A DNA stretch of 63,224 bases, the filler included, from Guillardia theta CCMP2712 (lineage: Eukaryota > Protista > Cryptophyta): assembly GCF_000315625.1 (NCBI RefSeq). It is 6 parts of 6 records of this genome, joined end to end, with 100 filler letters (N's around TTAATTAATTAA, not from the genome) between each part and the next. Parts side by side here need not be neighbours in the genome. Positions count along the whole stretch, not along the records: positions 1 to 21,852 come from NW_005434662.1; positions 21,953 to 52,456 come from NW_005434490.1; 4 more parts are not named here. The stretch is one strand, 5' to 3'. Of the stretch, positions 13,254 to 25,650 are shown piece after piece. The notes beneath the pieces were generated by a model. It had not been told where the DNA came from. It saw only the letters and a list, made by a program, of their open reading frames with translations, and ran no database searches. Both the position numbers and the translations under genes were made by a program. Every line of letters starts with the position of its first letter. The first letter of the stretch is position 1.

Positions 13254-13425
13254 GTCTCGTGTCTCCTCCCCTGTCGTCCTCGCCTTGCCTCCCTTGCCTT
13301 TGCTCAGTCCTTCAATCGCCTTCTCCAAGCGTCAAGCAGCAACTTCACTCAAAATTAAGTGAAAATTACTACTATGTCCGATCTGTGACCCCTCATCCCC
13401 ACCTTCCTCAGTGCAGCTACTAGTA

Positions 13426-13640
13426 CTGATTTTTAACTTAACTTTGAGTAAACCCGTGGTAGTACTGCTACCGGTCAGTGGCGACCGCGGACTGGACCGG
13501 GGCCCGGGGGCCCCGACCGCCGGTGAGCCGGGCCGGGCCGTTTACTGAAAAAAAAGCCTAGACTCGGCGATGCTGATTAAAACATTTTATTCTTTCCAGC
13601 CCATACCCCTTCTTTACTCAAAGTTAAGTTAAAAACTCAG
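13426..13640. mobile_element. MITE (~215 bp) with ~27-bp TIRs and TA target-site duplication (Tc1/mariner-type)
   Basis: Left end CTGATTTTTAACTTAACTTTGAGTAAA; right end TTTACTCAAAGTTAAGTTAAAAACTCAG (one indel). TA at 13424-13425 and 13641-13642; GC-rich interior. Confidence 0.75.
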
Positions 13641-16600
13641 TACGAGGACGACCAACCACCTAGTACCCCACCACCCACCGCATGGCACTGCCGCAGCGGC
13701 TGCGAGTACCCCCTTGACGTGCGGGAGTCCCGGCGTTGAGCGTCTAATGAACTTGATACCGAGGCAGCGCCGTCGCACTTTCCTGAAAGGGCAAGTGTAT
13801 CAAGAACCCTACCCCTGACCCTACCACCTCAACTGAAATTAACATTTTGTACCCCACGTCCACCTATCGCCACTATTCGGTACTGGAGTACCCTACCCTC
13901 TGTCAGCCTTGGTCATTCACCTATCCCTCTCTCAATTTTTCCCGCCTCTTTTAAAAATTTGTTGTAATTTCAAAAATGACACACCCCTTCCAATCACCCT
14001 ACCCTCCTTTTCATCTACAAACACCCACCCTTCCTCCACGGATGAAGGGTCGCAATGCCCCTTGGCCGGGCTTATCCATTTCCAACCCCCTCCACCCCGC
14101 CTCCCCACCCTCCATCCATGACATCTGAGTCCAATTAGCAGTACCCTACACTCGCTGACCCCTCGACATATGTCTCAGGACCCCCCTTTTGTGGGCACCT
14201 CACTCCAACCCCACCCCCCATTTTCGTCCACAATCAGTAACCACAAAGATCCAAGGACACCCACCCCCAGAGCCTACAGCTGGAGATTCTTGCTTGTTCT
14301 TTTGGGTTACACTCTTCATTTTCTCATATGTAGAGCTATAGGAGAAAAGGCCTTACCTCATACCTTCTGAGACATCACCAAAAGTCCGAAACATAAACAC
14401 TCACCCCCGTCCCACCCCACCCGCGATTTCTAGAGGCTTATCAGCAGGGTCACCCAGAACTGCAGGGATGAACTTAACATTGACGAATAACTCCTCTCGA
14501 GTACCCACCCTACAATATCCCATCGATCTCATAACAAATGACCCCCTCCATCAGCATTCGTGAGTCTCTAAAAGTTTGTTTTTCATTCGAATTTAAAATT
14601 ACTTTTGAGAACCACCCACCTTGAGCTCATCAGCCTACCTTCGAGCTCAAGTGGCCGTATAAATGCCAGGGGGTACCCCAGACCACCCACTCAGTGCCTT
14701 GTTTTATTGCAGAAATCAGGGGTGTCTGAATCTTCAGCAGACTGAGCTGGAGGAGGTGGGTATGAGGGGTGGGCACAATCACAGGATGATGCATGGGTAT
14801 CTACGGTAGATCTGGGGGGTGGATAATTGGCACGAGATTGCTCCAGGGGGTAGGGTGCGAGTTTTTGTTTGTCCGAGACCAGCTGAGCTCGTGAAAACAC
14901 GTATGGAAAGGGGTGGGGGTATGGACAACAAAGTACGGGTGGGCTGGAGTTGTTCGTCGGTTGTAGTCATGGGGGTAGTTGCCACAATCTCTGATCGAGA
15001 TGGTAGGGGTCATGTATGAGCTGGGGTGGGTGAGCGGCGACAGGGGCAATTCAAGCCTATAGGGGTAGTACTTATACGCAAGTGCTGATCTGCTAGGGGG
15101 TGGGGAGTTTTGGAGGGGGTGTTGGGAAAGTCAGGGAGAATGGAGGGTAGTAGGAGCTTTCGAGTGGTTGCGGGGTTGGAGAGAGTGCAGGGATGGATAT
15201 ATCGATTAGGTTGACAATTCATTTTTTTATTTCTTTACCCCTCATTTGTATAATTTAAATGTCTCTAAAGGTATGGTAGGTACTTCTTTGTTTGGATTCG
15301 ATCCAACACTTTACTTTGCTGGATGAGGCAACACGCAGGGGTGGGGGTGTTTTAAAATGCCATTGAGCACCAGGTGGGGTACAAGTTTGTAGGGTGGGAG
15401 CTTGATGGTAGGTTTTGAGGGGTTCTATGAAAAGAAGGGGGTGGTGAAAGGAAAGGTGGGGGCGGGATGGAGCAAGGAGGGGTGTAGGCACTTCTAGCAG
15501 GGTGGGGAGACAAGATCAGGGAGTGAAAAACTCTTGAGTAGGGTAGGGGGTGGTTTAGCATTAGCTTTAGTTAGCAAGCTCCTTACGCTTCGAGGGGTGG
15601 TCAGGTGATAGAAAGGGGGTGGGTACCAATGAAGTAAGGGTAGGGGTACACTGGTGTTGTGTCGTGAGGGTGGGGTTTTCCCGTGATCTAGGAAATATAT
15701 CTGTGGGTAAACCTGCAGGTCTTATGAATGTTCGTAGACAAATCAAAACAGGGGGTAGGGGTCATAGTTGAGGTAGCGGAGGGGACCTTAGGTGATTGCG
15801 CACGGTGGGTAGTGAAATTGCACAGGGGTAGGACAGGAGCTGGGGGTGGTCTTTGGTAGGATAGCCGAGGGAGTACCCTTTCAGGGTCCAATCCGTATAC
15901 ATGGTGGGTTCCCGTGAATCAGCTCAGGTAGGGGTGATAACCCCTACCTGAATATCCCATAAATTTTTTATCGATAGGTAGGGTACCATGGTGTTTTCAA
16001 TGTGGTGGGATAGTACCGGTGGGGTTGAACATAGTACCCCCACCCCCTTATTGTCCCTTCCCTCTCGTCCAACCCTCCTCCCCCTCCCCCCCCCCCCTCG
16101 CTCCCTGCCCAGTGCTATGGCAAAGGCTGGCGGACTATATTCTTCCTCTTCCCAAAATCTCCTCTCCTCCTGCTCACTGATTCTCATCTCTCTCTGCTGA
16201 TTTCCCTCGCTTCCTTTTGTTGCACCGTGCTCTTTTGAGTAGGTCGGTGGCCTTCACCCCTTCCCCTCCCTCTCACTTCTTCCTCCCTGATCTCGTGCTG
16301 CCTCTCTACAGCCTCCTCTGCGCACGATTTCGTCTTGAACAGCGCAGTACACGTTTTCCGAGTCCTTAACTTTCCTTTCTGAAGAGATTTGCAGCTGAAT
16401 CTCTCTTCTGGCTATCATTGATTGTTGCTTTCCACCCTTCGTGAGCAGGGTTCAAGCAATTAGTTGAACTTTTCGTGCTTAGTAGCCGCCTTCAGTGCAC
16501 TTGCAGCTGTCTTGGATCGAAAATTCTCTCAGAATTGGAATTGTCCACCTCGCAGCTTGAGCAAGCCCACCTTGGAGAAGACCTCCTTCTCCCTAGTCCT

Positions 16601-16907
16601 CCAACACATCGCTTGCCACTCCACAGAGGATAATGAAGTTCTGCCATTGTGAGTGTATTTGCAAGTCGAACCGCCTGGACGTTCATGCTCAGGAACCTTC
16701 TCTTCCACCAGGGTGAGATCTGTCTTTGTTTCTGCGTGTTAGAGGAGTTACTAACCGCCTTTTCCCAGTTTCTTTCTGAGCGTGAGGAAGTCTTTGGGGA
16801 GATGGGTGTTCAGCTGGCTGGTACCGGGCTGCCTCGATCCCGTTGAAGAGGGCAAGATAGGAAGCTGGCTCGCCACTTTCTACTCTTCTTCGAGCCCCAT
16901 TGAAGAG

Positions 16908-18818
16908 ATGACTGACATTTTCCTGCAACACAAACTGAATGTCAAATCTTTCGTGTCCTCGATTGAGCTTCATCTGGCAAGGAAAGCTAGAATGTTGAGA
17001 CAGCCTGCCTGCCTTCCCCCGGCGAAGCGGAGCAAGCAGACATATGACTTGAAGCTTACAGAGGAAGACTTCGCCGATGATCAGAAGCAGGAAGTTGGAT
17101 CTCCTGATGAACAAGAAGTTTGGTCGCCTTCGTCGCCAGAGACTGATTGCCGATACTCCCCGATTCCTTCTGAGGAGGACCAGCTGAAAACAGTCCTTGC
17201 GAATCGGAATGTAGAGCCTAACACAGGCATTTCTCTTCCCAATGATGAGACAAACAGGTATCTTGAATCGATCCTTGTTCGCACATCACTGACGCTTGGC
17301 TCGAAACGCAGAAAACCAACCAACCGCTCGGTTCCCGAAATGTCATTCTCGAGTGTGATATCATCCCTTTGCCCATCTAGAGCGAATGACTTTGAAGGGG
17401 AGATGGTCCCTTCATGCATGCATGAAGAGTTTCCCATCGCAAATAACTCGGCCGCGCAAAGTTTCAACGGGAGTTCACTCGGCTCGGAAAGCACTGACGA
17501 TACTGAGAGCGCAAAGGTATGGGCCCCTGTGTGATGTTTGACTGCAACTGATGACCTCCTTCAGGCGCACTCCATAAATTCAAGGAGGACCGTAGGCTCC
17601 TGCAGCTCCTCCGAGCCTGCTGAGTCACCGAGGAATCAAAGAAAGGCGCCGAACCTTAACGCGTCGGACTTCAGTGTCAGTCATCCCGAGGGCATGTCGT
17701 TCGATAGCATTTTTGGCACCGGCACTGAGGAAACCGAAGACATCTGGAAAAGCAAGGACGCAAACGATAAAGAGAAATGCTCTCCAAATGACAATGCTCA
17801 GGATTCTGGCGTGGCAGCCAATGGTGAGTCCACTTCCTCCAAGCGCTCCAGGAACAGAGATATAGACAACGTGACATGGCGCCGGCGGATTGCGCAGCTG
17901 ATGGTGTTCAAGCAGAAACATGGACATGTGATGGTATCGCAGAGTCAGAAATCTCCTTTCTTCGACGGCTCGCTCGGTTCCTGGGTCAGCAATCAAAGGG
18001 CTCTCCTGCACAAGGGCGAATTGCCAGAGCACAGGAAGCGCTGTTTGGATCTTCTTGGTTTCTGTTGGGATGCCCGGAAGAAAAATGGACAGCCGCGTGC
18101 CAAGCGTATTTCAAAGATGAACCAGACCAGTGGAGATGTCAAGAACCAAGACCCACCAGAGCCGTATTATGATGGATGCAGAGTGGAAGTGAGGCTGAAA
18201 GACGGCAAATGGTACAAAGGTGCTGTGAGCAGCCTCTGCCGCATGAAGAAGTTTGTCATCCAGATGGACGACGGAGCTGAAGTGTACAAGAAGCTTCCTT
18301 CTGCTGGAGTGCATGTCTTGAAGGACAATGAAGGCCAGAACACGACGAATGAGGAGGAAGGCTCACAACCCCTTGAAGAGGAGAACGAGGGGGACAGACA
18401 TCTGGACGAGGATGACTTTGGAGATGAGAACCTCGATGAGAACGACGAGTTCTCGGATCTTGACGACTGCGACAGTCCCAACTCAACATCCACTCCAGAC
18501 AGTCTGAGCAATGGATCCAGCGTGTTGAACGAGGATTACAAAAGTTTCGATTCTCTTGCTCGACTGGATGAAAACTGTGCCTCCCCAGGCACAGATGATG
18601 AGCATGACATCTGGAATGTCAACCACAAGCTGGGAGAGCAGGAGAGGTGCGAAGACGTGATCGAGGAGCAGGCTCTGCCAAGCTGGAACGTGGAGACGAG
18701 CAAGTGGATGGACATCGATTCGTCGATGCTGCACCCAGTGCACGTTGACGAGATGTTCCCGCCTCAGACTCTAGAGCTGGACACGAAGCTGAAGCTGCTG
18801 GAGAGCTTTGAGATATGA
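16908..18818 (+). CDS. Helicase-associated (HA) domain plus Tudor/Agenet-like domain protein; one 48-nt intron at 17517-17564 (start may be 16992)
   Basis: WRRRIAQLMVFKQKHGHVMV...LGSWVSNQR...LPEHRKRCLDLLGFCWD is a canonical HA domain. GCRVEVRLKDGKWYKGAV...FVIQMDDG is Tudor-like. An acidic tail follows. Confidence 0.8.
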
Positions 18819-18975
18819 AGCGATTCACGAAGGGATTTGGAATATCGGTGAACAATGTGGAGGTGGTAGTTCACTTTAAAAGGCTCTGGGAGCAAGGAGG
18901 ACTCGCCCCGAGTCGGTCATGAGGGGAGTGCTGGTGATGGTTGACGGGCAGCCCCTTGGATCAGTTAAAACAAAC

Positions 18976-19949
18976 TTAGTCAGTTTGTCTAGGTAACATT
19001 GAGTGAGCGTGTGCCAACAGGCTTGTTGTCGTGCTCATGTATTTTTTCTTGTAATTACACAGTGAAGACAAAGATGTCACAGTCGCACTATGTACGCAAG
19101 TCCACTGAGCGCACTGATAATCTGGAGCAACGTGAGGAAACGCAGGAGGGCAGATGAGAGGGGGAAGGGAGGAAGAGCGACTGAGAGCTCGCGAGCACAA
19201 CACAAAAGGTTCAAGGTGGGGCTTCACCAGGAGCGAGGACATGCTGAAGCGCCATAGCAGAGGATACTGGCGGGAAGGGATAGCGTTGTTGAAGAGTACG
19301 CCCAAGACAACGATGACCTGCCGTTGGGTCAGCGTCTTCAAATTTCCCGCCATGCTTACCATGCAGTCGAAGAGGACGGGAAAGAGGATGAAGCCCCAGT
19401 GGAGATTCTTGACGATGCCTCTGCCCTCGTCGTCACAAGACGAGAAGTCAAGAAGAGAGAGGGAAGAAAGAGGAGGTAGGATGAATAACAATGATGAACA
19501 ACAATGATAGATAACAACGTTGGATAACAAGGATGGATAACAATGTTGGATAACAAGGAAAGATAACAAGGACGCAAGAGATAAGAGCGACGGAGAGTCG
19601 GAGGCGGCGGGAGGAGCAAGAGGAAGACGAGAGAATGGTCCACAGACCCCTTGTCTGAAATGTAGACGGTGGCACAAGCGGCAGCGGGAGGATGTGTGTA
19701 GCCTGAAGACACCCCATTAGGGTCGCAGGAGATGCTAAAGGAACGTTCCTGTAGCCGACATGATGGTGATGCCGATGGCAGGGACGATGGCGGTAGCCAA
19801 CCACTGAAGACAAGTAAGAGGGAGGAGGAAGAGAAAGAAGAGGAGGTGAGAAGTCATGGAAAGAGTGAGGACGAGGATTGGAAGGCAGTGGGGGGATGCA
19901 GTCAGTAGGAGGGGAGCAGAGAACGAGGAGGGAGAATGGGAAAGGAAGG

Positions 19950-20031
<82 letters not shown>

Positions 20032-21480
20032 GAGGAGGAAGGAGGAGGACTGTGAGCTTTATCAAGGAGGAGGAGATTTTTCACCTGAGCTCTCGAGCAG
20101 TCGATGTCCCAATAAGGATTCTTGCAGTCACACTCGGGCCCTTTGCCCCTCAGCGGCTCATTGATGCCAGTGGAGCCAGGGTCCTAGAGGAGCGTCAGAC
20201 CTTGAAAGGGATAGCGATGGAGAGCAGAAGCAACAGCGAGACAACTCGGTGACGAGGACTAGCGTGATGGGGTTGAAGGATGAGGAGGATGAAGCAGTGT
20301 TGAATGTCTGGTCTTGTTGGCCAGGCACGGAGGACGAGGGTTGAGATTAACAAGGAGGATCCGTAGACAGGTACCTGTCGAGGGTAGCAGTTTCCTTTCG
20401 CCGAGCAGTTGTTNNNNNNNNNNNNNNNNNNNNNNNNNNNNNNNNNNNNNNNNNNNNNNNNNNNNNNNNNNNNNNNNNNNNNNNNNNNNNNNNNNNNNNN
20501 NNNNNNNNNNNNNNNNNNNNNNNNNNNNNNNNNNNNNNNNNNNNNNNNNNNNNNNNNNNNNNNNNNNNNNNNNNNNNNNNNNNNNNNNNNNNNNNNNNNN
20601 NNNNNNNNNNNNNNNNNNNNNNNNNNNNNNNNNNNNNNNNNNNNNNNNNNNNNNNNNNNNNNNNNNNNNNNNNNNNNNNNNNNNNNNNNNNNNNNNNNNN
20701 NNNNNNNNNNNNNNNNNNNNNNNNNNNNNNNNNNNNNNNNNNNNNNNNNNNNNNNNNNNNNNNNNNNNNNNNNNNNNNNNNNNNNNNNNNNNNNNNNNNN
20801 NNNNNNNNNNNNNNNNNNNNNNNNNNNNNNNNNNNNNNNNNNNNNNNNNNNNNNNNNNNNNNNNNNNNNNNNNNNNNNNNNNNNNNNNNNNNNNNNNNNN
20901 NNNNNNNNNNNNNNNNNNNNNNNNNNNNNNNNNNNNNNNNNNNNNNNNNNNNNNNNNNNNNNNNNNNNNNNNNNNNNNNNNNNNNNNNNNNNNNNNNNNN
21001 NNNNNNNNNNNNNNNNNNNNNNNNNNNNNNNNNNNNNNNNNNNNNNNNNNNNNNNNNNNNNNNNNNNNNNNNNNNNNNNNNNNNNNNNNNNNNNNNNNNN
21101 NNNNNNNNNNNNNNNNNNNNNNNNNNNNNNNNNNNNNNNNNNNNNNNNNNNNNNNNNNNNNNNNNNNNNNNNNNNNNNNNNNNNNNNNNNNNNNNNNNNN
21201 NNNNNNNNNNNNNNNNNNNNNNNNNNNNNNNNNNNNNNNNNNNNNNNNNNNNNNNNNNNNNNNNNNNNNNNNNNNNNNNNNNNNNNNNNNNNNNNNNNNN
21301 NNTCCCCTCCCTCCCTCACCATGATGACTAGCAGGCATAATGAAACTTCCTAAGCCGGAAAAGCTCGTGAACTTCCAGTCGCTTCCTAGCGGCGCCTGGC
21401 CGCTCTGCCCCTTGAACTTGTTCATGTAGAACCGCAGCGCCTCCTTGGCCTTCTCCACTGGATCTTGCTGCCTGCTCGGG
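18976..21480 (-). CDS. Partial multi-exon membrane protein with an EGF-like module (spans an assembly gap)
   Basis: Exon pieces NNCSAKGNCYP and ECDCKNPYWDIDCS (EGF-like), followed by hydrophobic exons (WGFILFPVLFDCMV; VIVVLGVLFNN). Confidence 0.45.
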
Positions 21481-21502
21481 CAGGTCAGGAGGGAACGCAC
21501 GA

Positions 21503-21555
<53 letters not shown>

Positions 21556-21852
21556 TGAGGACGAGGACGAGGACGAGGACGAGGACTATGAGCATGAGGA
21601 AGAGAACGTGAGAGCAGGAACGAAGTTGACAGAAGAGGTTGGAAACTGGAGCAAAATGATGACGTAGGGGAGAAAAGAGAGAACAGGAAGAGAGAACGGA
21701 GATGAAGACGAGGGGTTGAGAGATTAGAGGAGCAGGAGGAGGAGGAGGAGGAGGAGGAGGAGGAGGAGGAGGAGGAGGAGGAGGAGGAGGAGGAGGAGGA
21801 GGAGGAGCGAGGAGGAGGAGGAGGAGGAGGAGGAGGAGGAGACGAGGAGGAG

Positions 21853-21952
21853 NNNNNNNNNNNNNNNNNNNNNNNNNNNNNNNNNNNNNNNNNNNNTTAA
21901 TTAATTAANNNNNNNNNNNNNNNNNNNNNNNNNNNNNNNNNNNNNNNNNNNN
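21853..21952. other. Artificial contig-joining linker (N44-TTAATTAATTAA-N44); same linker at 52457-52556, 54189-54288, 58573-58672, 62033-62132
   Basis: Identical 100-bp structure with six-frame stop codons occurs five times. Confidence 0.97.
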
Positions 21953-24263
21953 CGAAGCACGACCTGGGCGTCGCCATGAGCGAACTGAGCGGTAAGCGTG
22001 GCGGGAATTCGCTGTGTGGTCAATTGGAGCTGTCGCGCAACCTGACGCGAGATCACACTGATCTCAGCACCCGAGTCAAGCAAAGCCAGGATCTCGGAAG
22101 TAGCAGCTGGCACCGGAGAGGTGAGTGGTACAATGGGCAGATAGAGAAGCGATCCTGAAGACGCCCCGTGCTCCTGAGAGCCAAGGGAGTGGAGTGCAAT
22201 CGGATGCAAGTGTACCTCGAGAGCGTCACCGTCCAGAGGCACTTCATCTTCCAGTTCTTCAGCAAAATGCACCTGAGGACGGCGCTTAGGCGTCTTCGAG
22301 CGAGCAGCAATCTTGTTAGCTGCAACGGACGGAGCAGCCTTGCGGTCGTCGGAAGTCTGAACAGCGCCAAGCAGAGGCGGAGAGGAGGAGTCGGACGACT
22401 GCTCACGTTCAGGACTCTGACTGCGGCGGGTACGACGACACTCGGAAGATCGATGTCCGAGTTTGCCACAGTTGTAACAACGGATGGCATTGGTCGATGT
22501 GTTTGGGGACGAGGAGTCTCCCGCACTCTTGGCGTCCGGCCGAGCAGCACGGCGCTCTTTGAAGGCCGAAGCCTTGCCAGAAGGACGACTCTTGCGATCA
22601 TTAGAATTAGAGGAGCGATTGCCCACCTGCACGGAGTAGAGCTGCCGGTGGGGATCTGCTCCCGTCGAATGGTCTTTGGTTCTGGTCTGATTGTCGATCT
22701 TGAGCGCGTACTCCCTGAGCTGACGGAAGTCAACATCATCCGAACGCTGTAGAGTCACCCACTGATTCAAGAGTAGAGCAGTCATATGCGATCGGACACC
22801 ATTAATGAACCGTTTGCAGACCAGTGAGGACGTCGCAAATAATTTACCATCCGGAAGGAGCTGAAGTTGCTCGATTAAGGTCAGGGTTCGGGCAGCATAC
22901 GAAGCAAGAGATTCCTGACGGTCTTGATTCAAATTGTCGAGTTGGTGAATGAGATTCGACAGCAGGTGAGGAGGCAGGAATTTTTCACGAATTTCCTCTG
23001 AAAATGTATCCCACTCCATGCGGCGAAAGGTCTCTGGCGGGTACTTGGCCACGAAGTGTTGGCGCACTGGAGCATCCAGTAAATCGAGGGTATGGACAAC
23101 CCAGTTGGCTCGGGGGATACCATACACAGCAAAGGAGTACTGAATGGTTTGAACCCATGTCAAGACATTGTTGGCGCTAGTTTGGCGGGCAGTATCCAAC
23201 TTGGGGAGATTGCGCAACTTAGCAAGCAATTGCTGATCAGCCAGAGAGACCAGCTGAGGACCGTCACGCGAGGAGATGGGGGGCGGTCCAGGCTTGAGAG
23301 CGGCGGGCGGGACCGCCTCAGAAGAAGCAGGAGCTTCGAGAGCGTTCAACCGCTGCTGAACCTCCAGCAGCGCGGCAGACATGTTTTGGAGCGACCGATC
23401 CTCGGTCGATTCGGGACGAAGATCGTCGTCAATGCCGGCAGCAGATTGCCAGTCATGTTCCAAAGTATCCGTAGCATTCTCGTCCAGCATGCGAGCTGCG
23501 AGTCGAGTATTGTATCCGGACATCTACGCGACGTAAGCGTAGGAAGAAGCAGAAGAACAGTGGAGAAAGGGAGGGGAAGAGAGAAGACTCGATCTCTATC
23601 ACCGAACCAACCTTCGCTACCAATTTTATGTCACACCTCGAAGATTCTCGAGTGGACCTTCAAGCGCAGTTCAATAAGAACTCACGTTGGATTTCTCTAC
23701 TAAGAGGGAAAGCGGTGAAACAGAAGGAGATCTAACTCTCTTTTATTTCTTTCACACACACACACAAAACAAGACAAGACGATACACACAAAGACGTCTC
23801 AACAATCGTGGCACACACACGAAAGGGGAAGAGGACCACCTAGCTCTGACGAGTTTCATCCTTTTATAGCTTCGAGGAATGAGCCAGGGGTGCCGTCTCT
23901 TGGCTACAGAAAGGAGGGGTGTCCTGTTCTTGGAAGTTGACAAGCATCCCTTCTGACCTTCGAGAGGATACCATGCTCTCTCGCAGGGAAGAGAACCCCG
24001 TCCTTGCATGGCAGCAAGCTGCTTCCAACGGGTCGTACTGCACAAGACGCACCCCTTCTGTTTACCTTGTAAGTCCCCCACGGGTACACGGTTGCTGCAA
24101 CAAAGGCCTCCACAGGGGTCCTTTCAGCAGCTTCACACTGGAGTAGAGTATCCTGGGTCATCCAGGAGAAGTCAGCTTCGAACACGAGTACGAGACAGCC
24201 AACTGTCCTTTCATCCTGATAGGCCTTTGTCTGACTCGGGCTCGGTTCCTATGAGCTCTGACA
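21953..24263 (-). mobile_element. Ty3/Gypsy chromovirus copy 1: 5' LTR (23629-24263), PBS, gag and start of protease; truncated by the contig end
   Basis: Matches 41926-44236 (offset 19973) apart from the PBS region. CCHC knuckle CYNCGKLGHRSSEC; protease motif LLDSGA. Confidence 0.95.
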
Positions 24264-24563
24264 GACGTTCGAATTTGACCCCTGAGTTCCTCACTGTCAC
24301 CGATGCGTTCGTCTTGCTGACGCCCAACATGATCCGCCTCTTCGCCATCTGCTGCGCCATCTCTAGTTTCTCCTGCTCCTTTTGATTCCGCGAGGAGCGA
24401 GAGCTGGCCGTAGAAACCTCACAGGGCAAGATGTTGCCGATGCTGCGGCCTGATGAATGCATTTGTTTCTATGCCAGCCCAAAGTCCACAAGCAAGTACT
24501 TCTTATTCCTTCTGTCGTAGAGCCTCCGAGGAAGTTATTCAATTTCACGTCTCGATGTATAAT
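24264..24563 (-). pseudogene. CDC7: CDC7-like kinase pseudogene fragment, interrupted by the LTR
   Basis: IIHRDVKLNNFL-[8-bp insertion]-YDRRNKKYLLVDFGLA* matches the CDC7 signature HRDVKPxNFLYxRxxxxYxLVDFGLA; frameshift and TAG are present. Confidence 0.7.
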
Positions 24564-25245
24564 AAATGTATAATGTATAAGACAGTTCTTGCTCAAGACC
24601 GAGTTTAATGCACACTGTGACACGAAACCACTGAGAATTGAGGCCGCTCAGCACCGTCTGCACATGAGACGTGACTCCCGACTGTCACAGTGGTATGCTA
24701 GAATATGAAACTCAAGCATCATCATGATTGCAACGCCGCCGCTGTTCATCACACGGACGGCCCACTGCCCGGTACCGCCGGGCATTGCCGCCGCGTGGGG
24801 CCGCCGCCTGGCTCGGAACTTGACTCTCACCCGGGTGACCGTTCAACCCGGTGACCGTTCAACGGTTGACTCACCGGTAGCCTTGAAGCCTGGGACCGGT
24901 CCGCCGGAGAGTCCGGCTCGCCCGGCCGCGGCCGTCGGACCTTGAGTTTTCAGTGTTCAATCATAACTGATGGCAGCGGGGCTATCTGATCGGACTGGCC
25001 GCACTGCGGCATGGCTGGCATGCTGATCCCCGGCATTAAGAGTCGGCAGTGCCGACGGTGACCGTGTCACGCGCCGGGCTGCGGCCGCGCCGGACTCGAC
25101 TCGGAGGCTCGGAGCCCGCGTCCGACTCGGAGGCTGGCCTGCCTGGCATTGCCGCGCCCTGAGCCCCGGGCGGCGCTGACTCATGGCATGCCGGAACTTG
25201 GAACACTCAGTGCGCCCGAAATGATTCAGGGCCACAAAAAATATT

Positions 25246-25650
25246 TGGAACAACTTGAAAATTGAGGGGTTGTTCGGCCTGAAATCTTTGTGTGTCACGC
25301 AAGCAAGTCCAACCTACATGGAACAACGTGAAAATTGAGGGTGTTCGGCCTGAAATCTTTGTGTGTCACGCTCCTCCAAGTTTCAAGTTGTTCCATATAG
25401 TTTGGAGCAAGTCCAACCTACATGGAACAACGTGAAAATTGAGGGGGTGTTCGGCCTGAAATCTTTGTGTGTCACGCTCCTCCGGCCTGAAATCTTTGTG
25501 TGTCACGCTCCTCCAAGTTTCAAGTTGTTCCATATAGTTTGGAGCAAGTCCAACCTACATGGAACAACTTGAAAATTGAGGGGATGTTCGGCCTGAAATC
25601 TTTGTGTGTCACGCTCCTCCGGCCTGAAATCTTTGTGTGTCACGCTCCCC
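25246..25650. repeat. Array of direct repeats interleaved with ~32-bp-stem imperfect palindromes
   Basis: Six copies of CGGCCTGAAATCTTTGTGTGTCACGC. Hairpins TTTCAAGTTGTTCCATATAGTTTGGA-gcaag-TCCAACCTACATGGAACAAC(G/T)TGAAA at ~25374-25443 and ~25511-25580. Confidence 0.9.

Noticed and set aside
14330-14385. GNAT-like YRRKGLTSYLL peptide in the decayed region
   Set aside because: Short match flanked by stops; not enough support.
20195-21500. 300-400-aa ORFs spanning the large gap
   Set aside because: Made of X residues from N runs.
21853-21952. TTAATTAATTAA palindromes inside N runs (five places) as a biological motif
   Set aside because: Identical 100-bp artificial linkers with six-frame stops; adjacency across them has no biological meaning.
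23687-24185. Small ORFs repeated three times (also at 37.8 and 43.7 kb)
   Set aside because: They lie inside the LTRs and repeat only because the LTR does.
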